From: Octopus sinensis
Taxonomy: Eukaryota
DNA length: 64,000 nt
Reading direction: 5' to 3'
Assembly: GCF_006345805.1 (NCBI RefSeq)
Contig: NC_043003.1
Span: 98,332,001 to 98,396,000, forward strand
Every line of letters begins with the position of its first letter. Position 1 is the stretch's first letter. The notes beneath the pieces were generated by a model. It searched no databases. It was not told where the DNA came from and saw only the letters and a list, made by a program, of their open reading frames with translations. Of the stretch, positions 13,701 through 26,229 are shown piece after piece. The translations under genes and the position numbers were made by a program.

Positions 13701-15351
13701 CTATCTATCGCTCTCTCACCAACATATGTACAGGCATACATACACACATACATACTCATAGACACAAACTGGACAATAGTTCAGATAACAAAGGAAACAA
13801 AAGAACTCAATATTGAGAAAAGTGTATCATATAAGTTCAATCAAAGTGAAATGATTCCAGGATATACTTTTCTATTTTGAGGTATCAAATATAATACGAA
13901 TATTTTTATGAGAGTGTTGTATATATCTACTCATCGTTAGGATTAAGGAAGTACGAAAGAGATTAAAAGAGAGAGTGTAAGTAGTAAATGTATTTAAAAT
14001 GTGTTTTAAATGTGTAAAGAGGAAGAAGGGATCAAATCGGTGACATTTCATTATATTCAGCTGCTTTGAAGAATCAGAATGCTCTTGCTGTATTATCTAT
14101 ATCAGTTATTTGTCGTTCTGATCACTCCAATTGCGTGTTGTTAGGCATGATGCTAAGGCGGTAAGGAGATTAGCCCTGACACGGCTTGGTACCTGGGTCG
14201 AATTTCAACTCAGAACGCAAAGACATGCGACAGATACTACAAGATATCTCATCCAACATTCTAACAGTTCTGTCAATCCACCGCCATCGGTCGATACCAT
14301 ATTTCATTTTGAAAGGATAAATGGCAATAGCTCACCTTCTAATGATTTCAGCTTAGAGCTCAGTGGCCTTCGGTTTATATTCCATAAGGCCCTTTCTCTT
14401 CAACCCTCTAACGACTTTGCCAAATATGACTAATCAATTTGGTTGACAAACACAGGTGTTGTCAAGGTATTGTGAGAATCGTTATTAGTTTCAGTATCCC
14501 CAAAACGATGGGTTGGCTGATATCCCTTTTATAGCGCGTGATCTTCGCTTGTTAAAAAGTTTTATTTGTGAAATGATATTGCCGGAAAACTAATCGCGTG
14601 AAAAGCGAAGTAACTCTTATTAATTAACATCACCTGTTTGGTCTGATAAAGACTTTAAGATATTTCAGTGATTTAAAGCGTTTATACAAATATGGAAACG
14701 CTTGATTTGAAAGGTATTGAAATGAGAAAAAAATGAAATTAATATGTGATATTCAGAAATTCAACGCAGTCTCAGCTTGTTGGATTGATTATCAGCTCTG
14801 ACAAAAAATATATTTTGAATGGAATGTCATAGTTCGTGTTTTTCTGTCTAAGATTCCGGATGAATATCGACAAATAATCATCGGGTTTTCAGAACTGATA
14901 GCGAAAAGTGCATAGAAGTTGGTTGTCGCGCAATTTAGGGGTAATCCAATGTATGATCTTGAAACTGCTAATCTAAATCTTAGCACTCTATAAAAAATCC
15001 TTTAGAAGAACATTTACTGTTGAATGAACATATATTCGGACGAATGCAATTGTAAGGTAAAGTGCTTAGTTTGATGCTGTTAACAGACTGCACAAATTTA
15101 GATGTAGTAGACTAGAAAACGCTTATAAAATATTTGTTACAAAGGTTATTGTACATATGGAGTGAAGTGCTTTTGCGAAACGACTAAGTTATGGGAATGT
15201 AAGCACGCCGACACCAGTTGTGAAGCGGTGGTGGGGGACAAACAGACAAGAAGACTCACACATACATACAGACACACACACACACATGCTTTCGGTGCGA
15301 CTGGTTTTGTTATACGGTGCCGGGTTTTCAATCCTGTAAATAATAATAATG

Positions 15352-15590
15352 GTATTTATATAAGCCTAAAGCTTATGGTGATCACCGTGCAATGACTAAA
15401 GAAAATAGTCTCATAATTGGGCATACAAGCCCTCGACAGAAAAAAAGTAGGCTTTCCTATCCGTGTAGGACTCGAACGCAGATAGGAAAGCCTACTTTTT
15501 TTCTGTCGAGGACTTGTATGCTCAATTATTAGACTATTTTCCTTAGTCATTGCACAATGTTCGATATAAGCTTTAGGCTTATATATATAT
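15352..15590. repeat. Palindrome with ~105-bp arms and a 19-nt tRNA B-box-like loop
   Basis: tatataagcctaaagcttat...aaagtaggctttcctatc cgtgtaggactcgaacgca gataggaaagcctacttt...ataagctttaggcttatata. Confidence 0.85.
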
Positions 15591-15607
15591 AGGCTTATAT
15601 ATAGGCT

Positions 15608-15629
<22 letters not shown>

Positions 15630-15638
<9 letters not shown>

Positions 15639-15940
15639 TTAGAGACAAAACCACTATTATGCAAATCAAACAAAGAAAGACTTAATCCAATACATAAAAA
15701 AATTTATATAAATTAAATAAAATTAAGTTATCCACTACAATTGTTTCTTGTCACTTCTAATTTAAAATTGAATAGAAGGTCTGAAAACCACCTGATGAAT
15801 GTCCTTAGAAGTGACAAGAGACAATTGTAGTGGATAACTTAATTTTATTTAATTTATATACAATTTTATGTATTGGATTAAGTCTTTCTTTTGTTTTGCA
15901 TAATAGTGGTTTTGTCTCTAATTAATATTATATAATATTT
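15630..15940. mobile_element. Fold-back PLE terminal repeat with hammerhead
   Basis: ~120-bp inverted arms (ccactattatgcaaa...gtcacttctaa / ttagaagtgac...ataatagtgg), bounded by (TA)n. Confidence 0.75.
15788..15833 (+). ncRNA. Type I hammerhead ribozyme motif (minimal, palindromic stem III)
   Basis: CCAC CTGATGA ATGTC-cttagaagt-GACAA GAGAC AATT GTA GTGG: stem I CCAC/GTGG, canonical CUGAUGA, stem II TGTC/GACA, stem III ACAATTGT, GUA cleavage triplet. GAGAC is GAAAC in the inverted arm. Confidence 0.7.
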
Positions 15941-16014
15941 TACTATAAAATTGGATTCAATCCTAAATCTGATTTTTCCCTGTAAATTTGGATTTATTCC
16001 CTAATATTTATTAT

Positions 16015-16039
<25 letters not shown>

Positions 16040-16045
<6 letters not shown>

Positions 16046-16205
16046 CGGGCTTCTTCCACTTTCCGTCTACTAAATCCATTCACAAGCCTTTGGACGGCTC
16101 GGAGCTATAGTAGAAGATACTTGCCCAAGGTGCCAAGGAGTGGAACTGAATGCGGAACTATATGGTTGGGAAGCAAATCTCTTACCACACAGCCACGCTT
16201 GCGTC
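16040..16205 (-). mobile_element. SINE family A, 5' half
   Basis: gacgggcttcttccactttccgtctac...cacacagccacgcttgcg. Confidence 0.75.
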
Positions 16206-16417
16206 TCTGTGGAGATAGATTTGTTATAAAAGAAAGGCGTAAAGAAATGTATTTAATAAATGGGTTAAATTCTTTTCCATTCGATTCGCTTCCAATTCTG
16301 CCTTTCCACCACCACGTCTGTTGTTTATAGGAGACTATCTTTTATCATCAAGCACACGCACATGTAAACATATAAATATATACACGCACACACACACACA
16401 CATATATATATAATATA

Positions 16418-16461
<44 letters not shown>

Positions 16462-16510
16462 ATATATATATGCATATATGTATATATATGCATATATATG
16501 TATATATATG

Positions 16511-16542
<32 letters not shown>

Positions 16543-17437
16543 ATATTATATATAGTGTGTGTGTGTGTGTGTGTATTGTGTGTGTGTGTATGTGTGTGTG
16601 TGTTTGCATGTGTTTTGTATGCATGTTTATATGTACGCATGTATGTGTGCGCATGTGCGGGAGCGGTGGTGTTTTATGCGTGTGAAATATAAACTTTACA
16701 ATTTTTGCTTTCATAACTTTGCTACCATTCGTCGAATATTCAACGTCGACTAATTTTAATTGGCTTTTGAAATAATACAAGACCACTGGTCTTGCAGAAA
16801 CTATGGTTTGCTTCAAAACTAAATCTATAAATTAGTAATCATTTTTTTCTTTTGAAAGGGGCGGCGAGAGATAGTCAACAATGAGGTCAATATTGCAAAA
16901 TCTTCGAAAGAAAAATGTAACAAAAACAATTATAAGTAATCACATATGCTGTCCATAATGCAATATACTGAATTCATTTCTTACTTAAGTATAAAAGCTT
17001 ATATGAATGACAGAAGTAGGGGTAGAATTAAAAATGTAACGTTCAAATATTCGAAAATGGTGTTATGGATGTAATTCAGTGTAAACGAAAGTGAAGATAT
17101 TGGAAATCAAACACGCAGGCTTCTCCAAAAGAAACGTACCTCCTGCATTGTGACACTTGACATTTTTTTCATGTAGCTTACATTACCTACTTTCCAAGTC
17201 CATTATTGTAAGCATATATTTAACGTTTATATGTCTAATGAATATAACAGCGTTACACATACGTTTGCTACGACGGACCTCCAACAATGTTTTCACTGAT
17301 AAATACTGCAGGCTCTTTTGTCAATATTTTTCTCGTACATTATCATTGCTCTCAGTTGTAGTAACTCAGGCTTTGTCTCCCTTAAACCCACTTCCTCCCC
17401 ATTTTGGATATACCACTTATAAGGAATATACACTTAC

Positions 17438-17520
17438 ATTTTGCACTTTCTCGGAACCCTTAGATATGACTTGCAGATATCCCCCAGAGAATGCGCCATG
17501 AAACCTGGGGTAACAAAACA
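17438..17520 (-). CDS. Candidate internal coding exon of an unidentified gene
   Basis: Minus strand: acceptor ttttatcctag (alternative tgttttgttaccccag at 17505) and donor AAT|gtaagt. Two open frames, FCYPRFHGAFSGGYLQVISKGSEKVQN or CFVTPGFMAHSLGDICKSYLRVPRKCK. No homology recognised. Confidence 0.3.
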
Positions 17521-17944
17521 CTAGGATAAAACATATATAGGAAACATATATACAGAAAATAAACTTTGCATCTGATAATATGAAAATTTCTTCCATATCT
17601 ATTACTACATAATGCATATAACATTGCTGTAATTGTTTTTAATTTCTTATTAGAAAGGCAGCGAATCGTTGGAGCGTTGAATAAAAGATATTGCGGTAGT
17701 TTTTGAGATCAAATCCCTCCGAATTTGTCTTTTCATGCTTTCGGAGTCAATGAAATATAGGGCTAGTCACGTACTGGAAAGGACGCTTTCCACTAATCCG
17801 CCACATACACATTTCAGGCCTTCTGTTTATGCTAGAAAGAGTTGTTACCTTATATTCAGGGCAGTGGTTTGGCAGAATCGTTTGAACATCGAGTAATACA
17901 CTCCCGACAAATTTCAGGCCTTGTGCCTATCGTCGTAGAAAGGA

Positions 17945-17946
17945 TT

Positions 17947-17993
<47 letters not shown>

Positions 17994-18219
17994 TTCTTCT
18001 TCTTCTTCTTCTTCTTCTTCTTTTCTTCTTCTTCTTCGTCTTCTTCTTCTTCGTCTTCTTCTTCTTCTTCTTCTTCTTCTTCTTCTTCTTCTTCTTCTTC
18101 GTCTTCTTCTTCGTCGTATTCTTCTTCTTCTTCTTCTTCTTCTTCTTCTTCTTCGTCTTCTTCTTCGTCGTATTCTTCTTCTTCTTCTTCTTCTTCTTCT
18201 TCTTCTTCTTCTTCTTCTT

Positions 18220-18250
<31 letters not shown>
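17945..18250. repeat. (CTT)n microsatellite, ~300 bp
   Basis: Directly visible; the source of the poly-R/poly-L ORFs. Confidence 0.95.
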
Positions 18251-18289
18251 GCACTCTATAAATCTTAGTTAATAATCTTAGCTTCTTCT

Positions 18290-18420
18290 TTGCTAATAAT
18301 GGCTGGTGTCCTAGCTACAGTATGCAAAGAAATTGAAAAGTGGTTGAAAATATCCAGAAAAAAGCATTACTCAGAAGTGCAAGGAATCTCCACGAAGTCA
18401 ACAAGACTTGAAAAGAATAA
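18290..18420 (+). mobile_element. R4/Dong-like LINE extreme 3' coding tip
   Basis: Translates to ...IEKWLK..IQKKALLRSARNLHEV, similar to the QKxALLGTARILRRV ends at 30560-30620 and 56283-56370. Confidence 0.5.
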
Positions 18421-19117
18421 ACGACGGTAAGTGAACAGCTGGTACATTTACCTACATACATACATACATACATACATACATACATACATACATACATGCA
18501 TACATAAATACATACACACATGCATCCATCCATCCATCCATCCATCCATCCATCCATCCATCCATCCATTCATCCATACATACATACATACATACATACA
18601 TACATACATACATACATACATACATACATGCATGCATGCATGCATACATACATACACACATGCATGCATCCAGCCATCCATCCGTCCATCCATTCATCTA
18701 TCAAACACACACACACACACGCATGCATGTATTACTAAGGTGGTCGATTGGCAGAATGCCATTTTACCTTTGTCAGTTCAAATTCTGCCGACGTTAATTT
18801 GCCTTTTATCCACTCTGCATCATTTAACCTCCTAATCTGAAAATTGCTGGCCTCGTGCCTAGCCATTCCTATTATTCTCTATTAACGCGTATATGTCTGA
18901 ACGGATTACAAGCGGCCATACTTATAATGTATGGTTGTGTATATTCTTGTGTCCTTATAGAATACCTATATGGTTTTCATTTAAGATATTGTATCTTAAA
19001 TAATTCCGTGATAAACTTCGTTAATAAATAGTATCGTAAAAGGATTCTACTATATTTTATTGCATAAATAGATATGTACGTATATATATATATATATATT
19101 AAGAATTTTTTGCTAAT

Positions 19118-19395
19118 GAGATAAAAAAAACCAAGGCTGTATAGATATTAGAGCATTTATAGATAGATGGTCTTAAAGCTGTTTCTAGGATATTAATTAA
19201 TAAAACAATAAAATCCCTCATCGGAGACGGTGTGAGAGGAAAAATTAAGTCATCGAAAACAATTATGACTTAATTTTTCCTCTCACACCGTCTCCGATGA
19301 AGGGATATAAATTAATAAATATCCTGGAACAGCTGTAAGACCTTCTATCTATAAATGCTCTAATATCTATACAGCCTTGGTTTTTTTTTATCTCA
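19118..19395. mobile_element. Fold-back PLE terminal repeat with a hammerhead in each arm
   Basis: ~135-bp inverted arms around a ~10-nt loop, next to (TA)n and upstream of a GIY-YIG fragment. Confidence 0.8.
19290..19341 (+). ncRNA. Type I hammerhead motif, U4C core
   Basis: GTCT CCGATGA AGGGATAT-aaattaataa-ATATCCT GGAAC AGCT GTA AGAC. The inverted copy at 19170-19228 has an intact GAAAC. Confidence 0.65.
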
Positions 19396-19639
19396 CTACT
19401 CAAAAAACATAGAACCAACGTTGAACCCTTTATTCGCAATATTACCGAATCTAGAACTTAAGTATGGTCTGTCTATAGCACTTATTCAGCATTACCTGAC
19501 ATCTTTGGGTCTCAATGACACCATTATCCTTTATATATATATATATAGTAATATAGAACTAGGTGGAAATGAATTTGATTCTACTATCAATGATCACATT
19601 AAAACTAAATCTGAGAGAAATATAAAGAAATTATCTTAG

Positions 19640-20330
19640 CAATTGTTCTACACGGAAATCCTGTTATGTGAAAAATAAGTGTAATATATAGATGTAAAGT
19701 TACATCTAAGGGTAATGAATACTTTTACATCGGTGGGACATCATTGATTTTCAAGAGGAGACTGGGAAATCATTTGAGTTCATTTAGAGATAAAAATAAA
19801 AGGTTCCAAACAGGTTTTAGCAAATTACTCTGATCTATTAAAGACACAAACTAATACTATACTATCAACGGGAAATTAATTTGTACTGCAAAACCAAACA
19901 GACCTGGAACTAAAAAATGTGACTTACGTTTAGAAGAATTTCACCAGATTTTTACATTTTACATGCAATTCACATTTACCCAGTAAATATGAATAATAAA
20001 CATTTAAACAACAGAATGGTTTGAAATAATGGACTATAAGCGATTATGTAAACAAAACTTGATTGGAGATTGTTCGCGTCAAACTTAACGGATATACAAT
20101 ATACATCACAGAGTAGATACACGAAAAACTTTAAAGAGTTAAATAGAAGAATATTAAGTAAAGACCCTGAAGAAACTGCACCGGTATTATAGTAAGGTTG
20201 CAACTACAACGGTTACTAATCGATGCATTTAAAACATGTGTAGGTCTATGTAAAGCTGTATATATTTTAAAAGATTTAAAGGCAATGTTATTCAACTTTG
20301 TAATAATCCTTACTATTATCATTGTTAATA
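19640..20330 (+). mobile_element. Decayed PLE 3' end: GIY-YIG endonuclease (third subtype) plus 3' region
   Basis: SNCSTRKSCYVKN/VIYRCKVTSKGNEYFYIGGTSLIFKRRLGNHLSSFR...KCDLRLEEFHQI matches the VIY...YIG..FKxRxxNH..SF...CxLCxxEK pattern of invertebrate PLE endonucleases. Confidence 0.8.
20163..20246 (+). ncRNA. Degenerate type I hammerhead with a long stem II
   Basis: GACC CTGAAGA [~57-nt hairpin TGCA..TAGTAA / TTACTA..TGCA] AAAAC ATGT GTA GGTC; G12 is mutated. Confidence 0.5.
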
Positions 20331-20363
20331 CGTAATGCATATATATATTAATATATATATCTT

Positions 20364-20423
<60 letters not shown>

Positions 20424-20479
20424 ATAATATATATATAATATATATCTAGATAAAAAGATATATATATAATATATACTTT

Positions 20480-20835
20480 TATTCTCTTACTTGTTTCAGT
20501 CAATTGACTGCACCCATGCTGGAGCCCAGCCTTTAGTCGAAGAAATCGACTCCAGGACATATTTTTTGTAAGCCTAGTACTTATTCTAACAGTCTTTTTT
20601 CCGAACCGCTAGGTTACGGGAACGTAAACACACTAACATCGGTTGTCAAGCAATGGTGGGGGACAAACACAGACACACACACAAATATACGCACATATAT
20701 ATATGACGGGCGTCCTTCAGTTTCCGTCTACCAAATCCACCCATAAGGTCTTGGATGGCTCGTAACTATAGGCTGAATCCCGAACCATGTGGATGGGAAG
20801 CAAGCTTCTTACCACACAACCACTCCTGCGCCTAT
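20480..20835 (-). mobile_element. SINE family A near-full copy
   Basis: Tail at 20480-20560 and head ending cactcctgcgcct at ~20833. Confidence 0.8.
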
Positions 20836-20842
20836 ATGTATA

Positions 20843-21372
20843 TATATACAATATGAGTGACAAGGATGTATAAGTGTCAATTCATCACGGCCGTTTCGAG
20901 AGACTCCTTTAATTTATCAATAGAAAGCAAATATTTACAATGATTCCGTTGCTAAATTTTTTGGCAGAATGAAAAAAGGACAGTACAGTGACAGACAAAC
21001 CAGAAATTAACATAGGCTAGAATAGTGGCGGCGGAGGATAAATGAGAGTAGTGACCCTATTATATACACATCAAAGACAATAGGGAGAATGTAGTCTTCA
21101 AAACATCTAAAATTAGATTTTTAGGGGTTTATAAATAAATTACTATCATGACAGTCCATTCTAAGATTTATAAATAAATTGCTATCATGACAGACCGTTC
21201 TAAGAAAATGGAACTTTACATCCGGCTATGTCCTTAATGCTTGAAGTCTATGCAGTAATCTGATGAGAACAGTTTTCTTTGTAATGATGTAATGCTTTCA
21301 TTTATCATATAAAGGAGTCGCTCGAAACAGCTGTAATGAATTGATACCTATGCATCTATCTTACTCATATTT
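20843..21372. mobile_element. Old fold-back PLE relic (~75-bp inverted arms, ~380-bp spacer)
   Basis: 20843-20925 is the reverse complement of ~21300-21372. Both arms keep GAG..CTC GAAAC-palindrome-GT(A/G) ATGAA, the 3' half of a hammerhead. Confidence 0.55.
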
Positions 21373-21641
21373 TACTCACCTTCCCGGGAATTTGCACTTC
21401 ACAAGTATTTGGAAAGTATCTTTATATAAAGTACATGTCTGACCAAACAAGAGTGGATTCACTCACTAAGTTGGATCGTACCATCTGCACACACTGCAAG
21501 AACATCGGGTGGAAAAAATTCTATGTAGGGTTTCACACTCACCTAATATTGTCTGAGTATGCACATAAGTTCGTCCTAACAAGGTGCTTCAATTTAATTA
21601 CTTTATTCAACTAAATGAAAAATTACATTTTAAACACACAC

Positions 21642-21686
<45 letters not shown>

Positions 21687-22336
21687 CATATAATATATAT
21701 GCATATATATATGCGCGTGTTTTCCATGTATGTACCTATTTTGTGTGTATGTGTCTGTGTATATATAAAAATTCGAATTATAATTATAGTCAATTTTCAG
21801 GTTAAATATAGTTAAATAAATATAGTTAAATAAATAAGCAAATATATTTAAACAATATTTTTTAAGAAATAAATAAAATAATGATTTTTCTTATGAAAAA
21901 CTCTATTATCAAATTAGAAACTTTAACGATTAGGATTATGTCATACAATCTAAATATAATGTTAAATATTAATGTTTTAGGTAAAAGTAGATAGAAAATG
22001 TATTTATCTATTAATGGCTGTAAAAAACATAATAAACTTACTAATAACCTAATCTAAGTTATAGTCAATATCTAATTACCAAATTATTTAATAAAAAAGT
22101 AAGATATATACAGATATATAAATATATATGTGTATAAATATATATATATATATATATTTACACGCATAAATACACCTATGCATACACGCACACATATGTA
22201 TACATACATACACACACATATATTCATACATACATACTTGTATATATACCTTTGTGCATTATACATATATACGACTATAGCTTAGTCAAAGGAATAATTC
22301 ATACAATGTCTGACTACACGATGGTGGACAGAGAGG

Positions 22337-22391
<55 letters not shown>

Positions 22392-22914
22392 GAAGAAGAA
22401 GAAGAACAACAACAACAACAACAATAATAGGGTAGATAGAATCGGATTTATAAGTTAAAATAGCAAGCGTCGCGCTACAAAACCGTATAATCTTTTCTTT
22501 TCTTTTAAAATGTAACTTTAATTAAAATTATAAAAAAAATATTATTTTTTTTTGTAAATTAATTGAATTTTCATTAAAAAAACCTGAATTATTTTTACTC
22601 CAATGTTTATTTGAACTGTTCTTCTCATATTCTATTTTTCACTTTCCGTCTTGTTAAATAAGTTTCTTTTGTTGCATGAATTTATCTGCCTGTGAACTTT
22701 TAATTTCTATGTTCTCTTAACTATTTTAGAGATAATTTTTTTTTGCAAATTTTATTTTCATTTCATTTCGTTTGAAGACGAACAAATAAAGATTTGTGGG
22801 AAAGAATTGCTCCTTCTATGAATAGTATATTTTAAGTGATTGCTATAATGCTTTTTGACACGTTTTCTCCTCTGTTTTTTGCGTAGTATATCTTATGTAT
22901 TTTCCCGTGTATTA

Positions 22915-22984
<70 letters not shown>

Positions 22985-23175
22985 ACACACACACACACAT
23001 GCACATATACTTATACGTTGGAGACATACAAGTATACGTATATGCACGACAACTTATACTATCAGTACTCGTTATAGAATGCTTTGTATAAAATGGTATG
23101 TGTATTTGCGTGTGTTTGTTTACGTGTATATGTGTGTGTGTATGTAGGTATGCATGCAAGTACACCCACACACAG

Positions 23176-23206
<31 letters not shown>

Positions 23207-24039
23207 GAAAGAGAGAGAGAAAGAGAGAAAGAGAGAGACTCGCCGTTTTATTTTAGTATGATAATCTTGTCTTCTTTGGGATTGACGAAGTCGTACTCAG
23301 TATGGCATATTACTTACACTTTCATATATATTTCTGAAACTTATTGAGTGTGGAGAAAAAGCAGAGCTCATGCCGCTTGCAGGACTTCCCATGTAAATGC
23401 CTTAAACTCTTCAACATGCACGATGTTATGGTCAGTTATTCTCGTGCATGATTAAATTAGTTTCAGCCACAAACCCACTCGAAATAGTCGCTCGTCTATC
23501 AGTCAAATCTGTCCACATGTTGACTCTTGGAGATTCTGCTTTTCTAAAGTTTTATGCTGAACAAAGGTAATACTTGAAGGTAACATCGAGATAGTATTAC
23601 AGCAAAAACGGTTTACTTCTTTCAAAATCTTCACTGATTTAGTTCAAGGAGCCGGGAAAATTCCATCTTTCAATTACACTTAGTCTGGTTACTTACAGCC
23701 CACTGCTCATTTAACCACACGTTTGTTCTTGAGCAAAACACTTTATTTTACGTTACTCCAGTTTCATGGGGCACGAAAATGTAGCCTGAAGCACTTCGAT
23801 CTGCCATGCGTAACAGCCGATGCAATGAACTAATGACGTTATATAACTACACTGGAGCTTCTTGAGATAGCGGTAGCAGTTACCTACCTATATTCTGTCC
23901 GCCCATGTGGTATAAGAAAAAAGAACACATCTAGCAGACCGATAATTCCACCTGACCTAAGTTGACCAACAGATACCTAACGCTTTGTAGCTGTCATGAA
24001 TTGGTCACATATCTGTCACTGTGTCACCAAATGCCTGAG

Positions 24040-24200
24040 GGTCCATGGCTCACTTCTTGCACTCGCGACGCTTCACATCGACCAAGAGATGATGGAAGCT
24101 TCAGCGAATGAGTTATTTACCTTGAAGGATGAGAAATTGTATCAACGTGATGTCGAAGAACTGGTAAAAAGGGGAGCTTCAGATGTTGCAATACGATGAT
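24040..24200 (+). pseudogene. Possible mariner transposase C-terminal relic
   Basis: ELFTLKDEKLYQRDVEELVKR resembles the mariner C-terminus FF.SK...FY..GI..L..RW. Confidence 0.35.
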
Positions 24201-24283
24201 GTATACTTTGGATGCTAGGCTGCTTTTGTTGTCACGTGATGAATATAGCAAGTTATCAAAATATTGCAAATCTCCTGACTTAG

Positions 24284-24349
<66 letters not shown>

Positions 24350-24352
<3 letters not shown>

Positions 24353-24575
24353 GGACGCATGATAGATCGTTAGCTCCTACACGCTTTTTTTTCTCTCCTT
24401 TTTTCTCTCCTTGTTTCTCTCCTTGTTTTTTTCTGTGTATCTTTCTGTCGAAGAGCGTAGGCTCGAAACGTGAAAAACTTGTTCTATTTCTATTCCTGAG
24501 CGCCATACTAATACATTTGTATGTTTGTACTCCACCTGCCTTCGTCTTTTGTTTATTTTCATAAACCTTTCCGTT
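24350..24575 (+). mobile_element. PLE terminal-repeat-like element with A6U hammerhead-like motif (24440-24475)
   Basis: TCTTT CTGTCGA A GAGC GTAG GCTC GAAAC GT...; inserted between (TA)n tracts. Confidence 0.65.
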
Positions 24576-24594
24576 ATATATATATATATATTTT

Positions 24595-24955
24595 ACATTT
24601 TACTTGTTTTAGTAATTTGACTGTGGCCATGCGATATTTATATTTAAGCCTAGTACATATTTTATCGGTGCCTTTTATAGAATTGCTAAGTTACTGGGAT
24701 GTAAACACACCAACACCGGTTGTCAAGCTGTGGTAGGAGGTAAAACACAGACACACACACAAAATACATTCATAACAAATATATATATATGTGTGTACGA
24801 CGGGCTTCTTTCAGTTTCCGTCTACCAAGTCCACTCACAAGGCTTTGGTCGATCTGAAGCTATAGTAAAAGACACTTGCCCAAGTTGCCACGTAGTGGGA
24901 CCGAACCAGGCACCGTATGTTTAGGAAGCAAGCTGCTTACCTCAAAACCACGTCA
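24595..24955 (-). mobile_element. SINE family A copy
   Basis: Tail, internal CA/TA tract and degenerate head are all present. Confidence 0.75.
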
Positions 24956-25239
24956 TCTCTGTATAGTTTTTCGGTATCTGTTAATCTAGATATTGTTTCT
25001 TCCTTTTTGGCATATAGGCCATCGATTATGTACCAAAAGCGTTAAGTGGTTCTGTAAATAGTACAATCAAAGTAGTTCAGAAACTTTAATAGCAGTTTGC
25101 TTACATGATTCCGAAAGAATAAATTTTGAGGAAAAAATTTTTTTGCAAAGACTACGCCTGATACAGATTAAGCTGTGAATATGTGTCACATCAAAGCAAT
25201 TATAATACGATGACACACATAAATATGTACTTAATACAA

Positions 25240-25270
<31 letters not shown>

Positions 25271-25976
25271 TGTATGTATGTATGTATGTATGTATGTATG
25301 TATGTATGTATGTATATATATATATATATACAATTTGAATATATTAGTGTATACGTTTGTATATTTGTATATATTATAAACGTACATATTCACACATGTA
25401 TGGAAGCAAATATACGTGCATATACATATGCACCAGTGCCACAGGTTTGGCCATTTTTCATGCAAATTTAGGGCACACGACAATATGGCTTACTTTTTCT
25501 CGTTTTTATCTAATTAAAAAATATGTTTTGAAAAGAAAACAAGGCAGATATAGAAAGAACGAATGAAAGAAATATAAATTCAAGGAATGGAACAAAACAA
25601 AAAAGTACAAAAAAGTAAGGATTGATATAGAGTCGAATGATCCAGTAACCGGCACACAGTTCTGCAACTACGCTATCTTATCTAAGTTAGTAGGTCAAAC
25701 CTCTGACGGAGACAATATTAGGGGTAACCTTACTTTCATTTTTAATGATTTTTTTTTTAATGATGTTTTCTAAGACAACATTTCTTCTTTATTGTTCCAT
25801 TTACCACTTCCCTATATTCGTATTTGTTTGTTTCCAAATTTTTGTTGTTTTGATTTGGCTGTGGTTTAGTTTATCACTGATGAGAATCTTTTATTCAGTA
25901 TCATATTAATTTTCATGACATTTGCATTCCCAATAATAATAACAACAACAACGACAACAAACAACAACACAACAAC

Positions 25977-26008
<32 letters not shown>

Positions 26009-26229
26009 AATAATAATCCTTCCTATTATAGGCACAAGGCCTGAAATTTTGAGGTGAGGGGATGAGTCAATTGCATCGACCTCAGTAATTGATTGGTACT
26101 TATGAGAGGATGAAAGGCGTAGCCGGCTCCTCAAGTAATCAAAATAATAATAATAATAATAATGATGATACTACTTCTACTACTAATTACTACATACTAC
26201 TACTACTATACTACTACTACTACTACTAC

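Noticed and set aside
15405-15450. CUGUCGA-GGGC-loop-GCCC as another A6U hammerhead (minus strand)
   Set aside because: No GAAA follows stem II and there is no stem I/III pairing.
22252-22458. MSDYTMVDRED + poly-N/K ORF as a low-complexity protein exon
   Set aside because: Mostly (AAT)n(AAG)n(AAC)n, with no splice signals or homology.
23318-23566. 16-nt minus micro-exon (NIYES) and 100-nt plus exon (TNPLEIVARLSVKSVHMLTLGDSAFLKFYAEQ)
   Set aside because: Splice-like signals are frequent by chance in AT-rich DNA; they lie on opposite strands and no homology was recognised.
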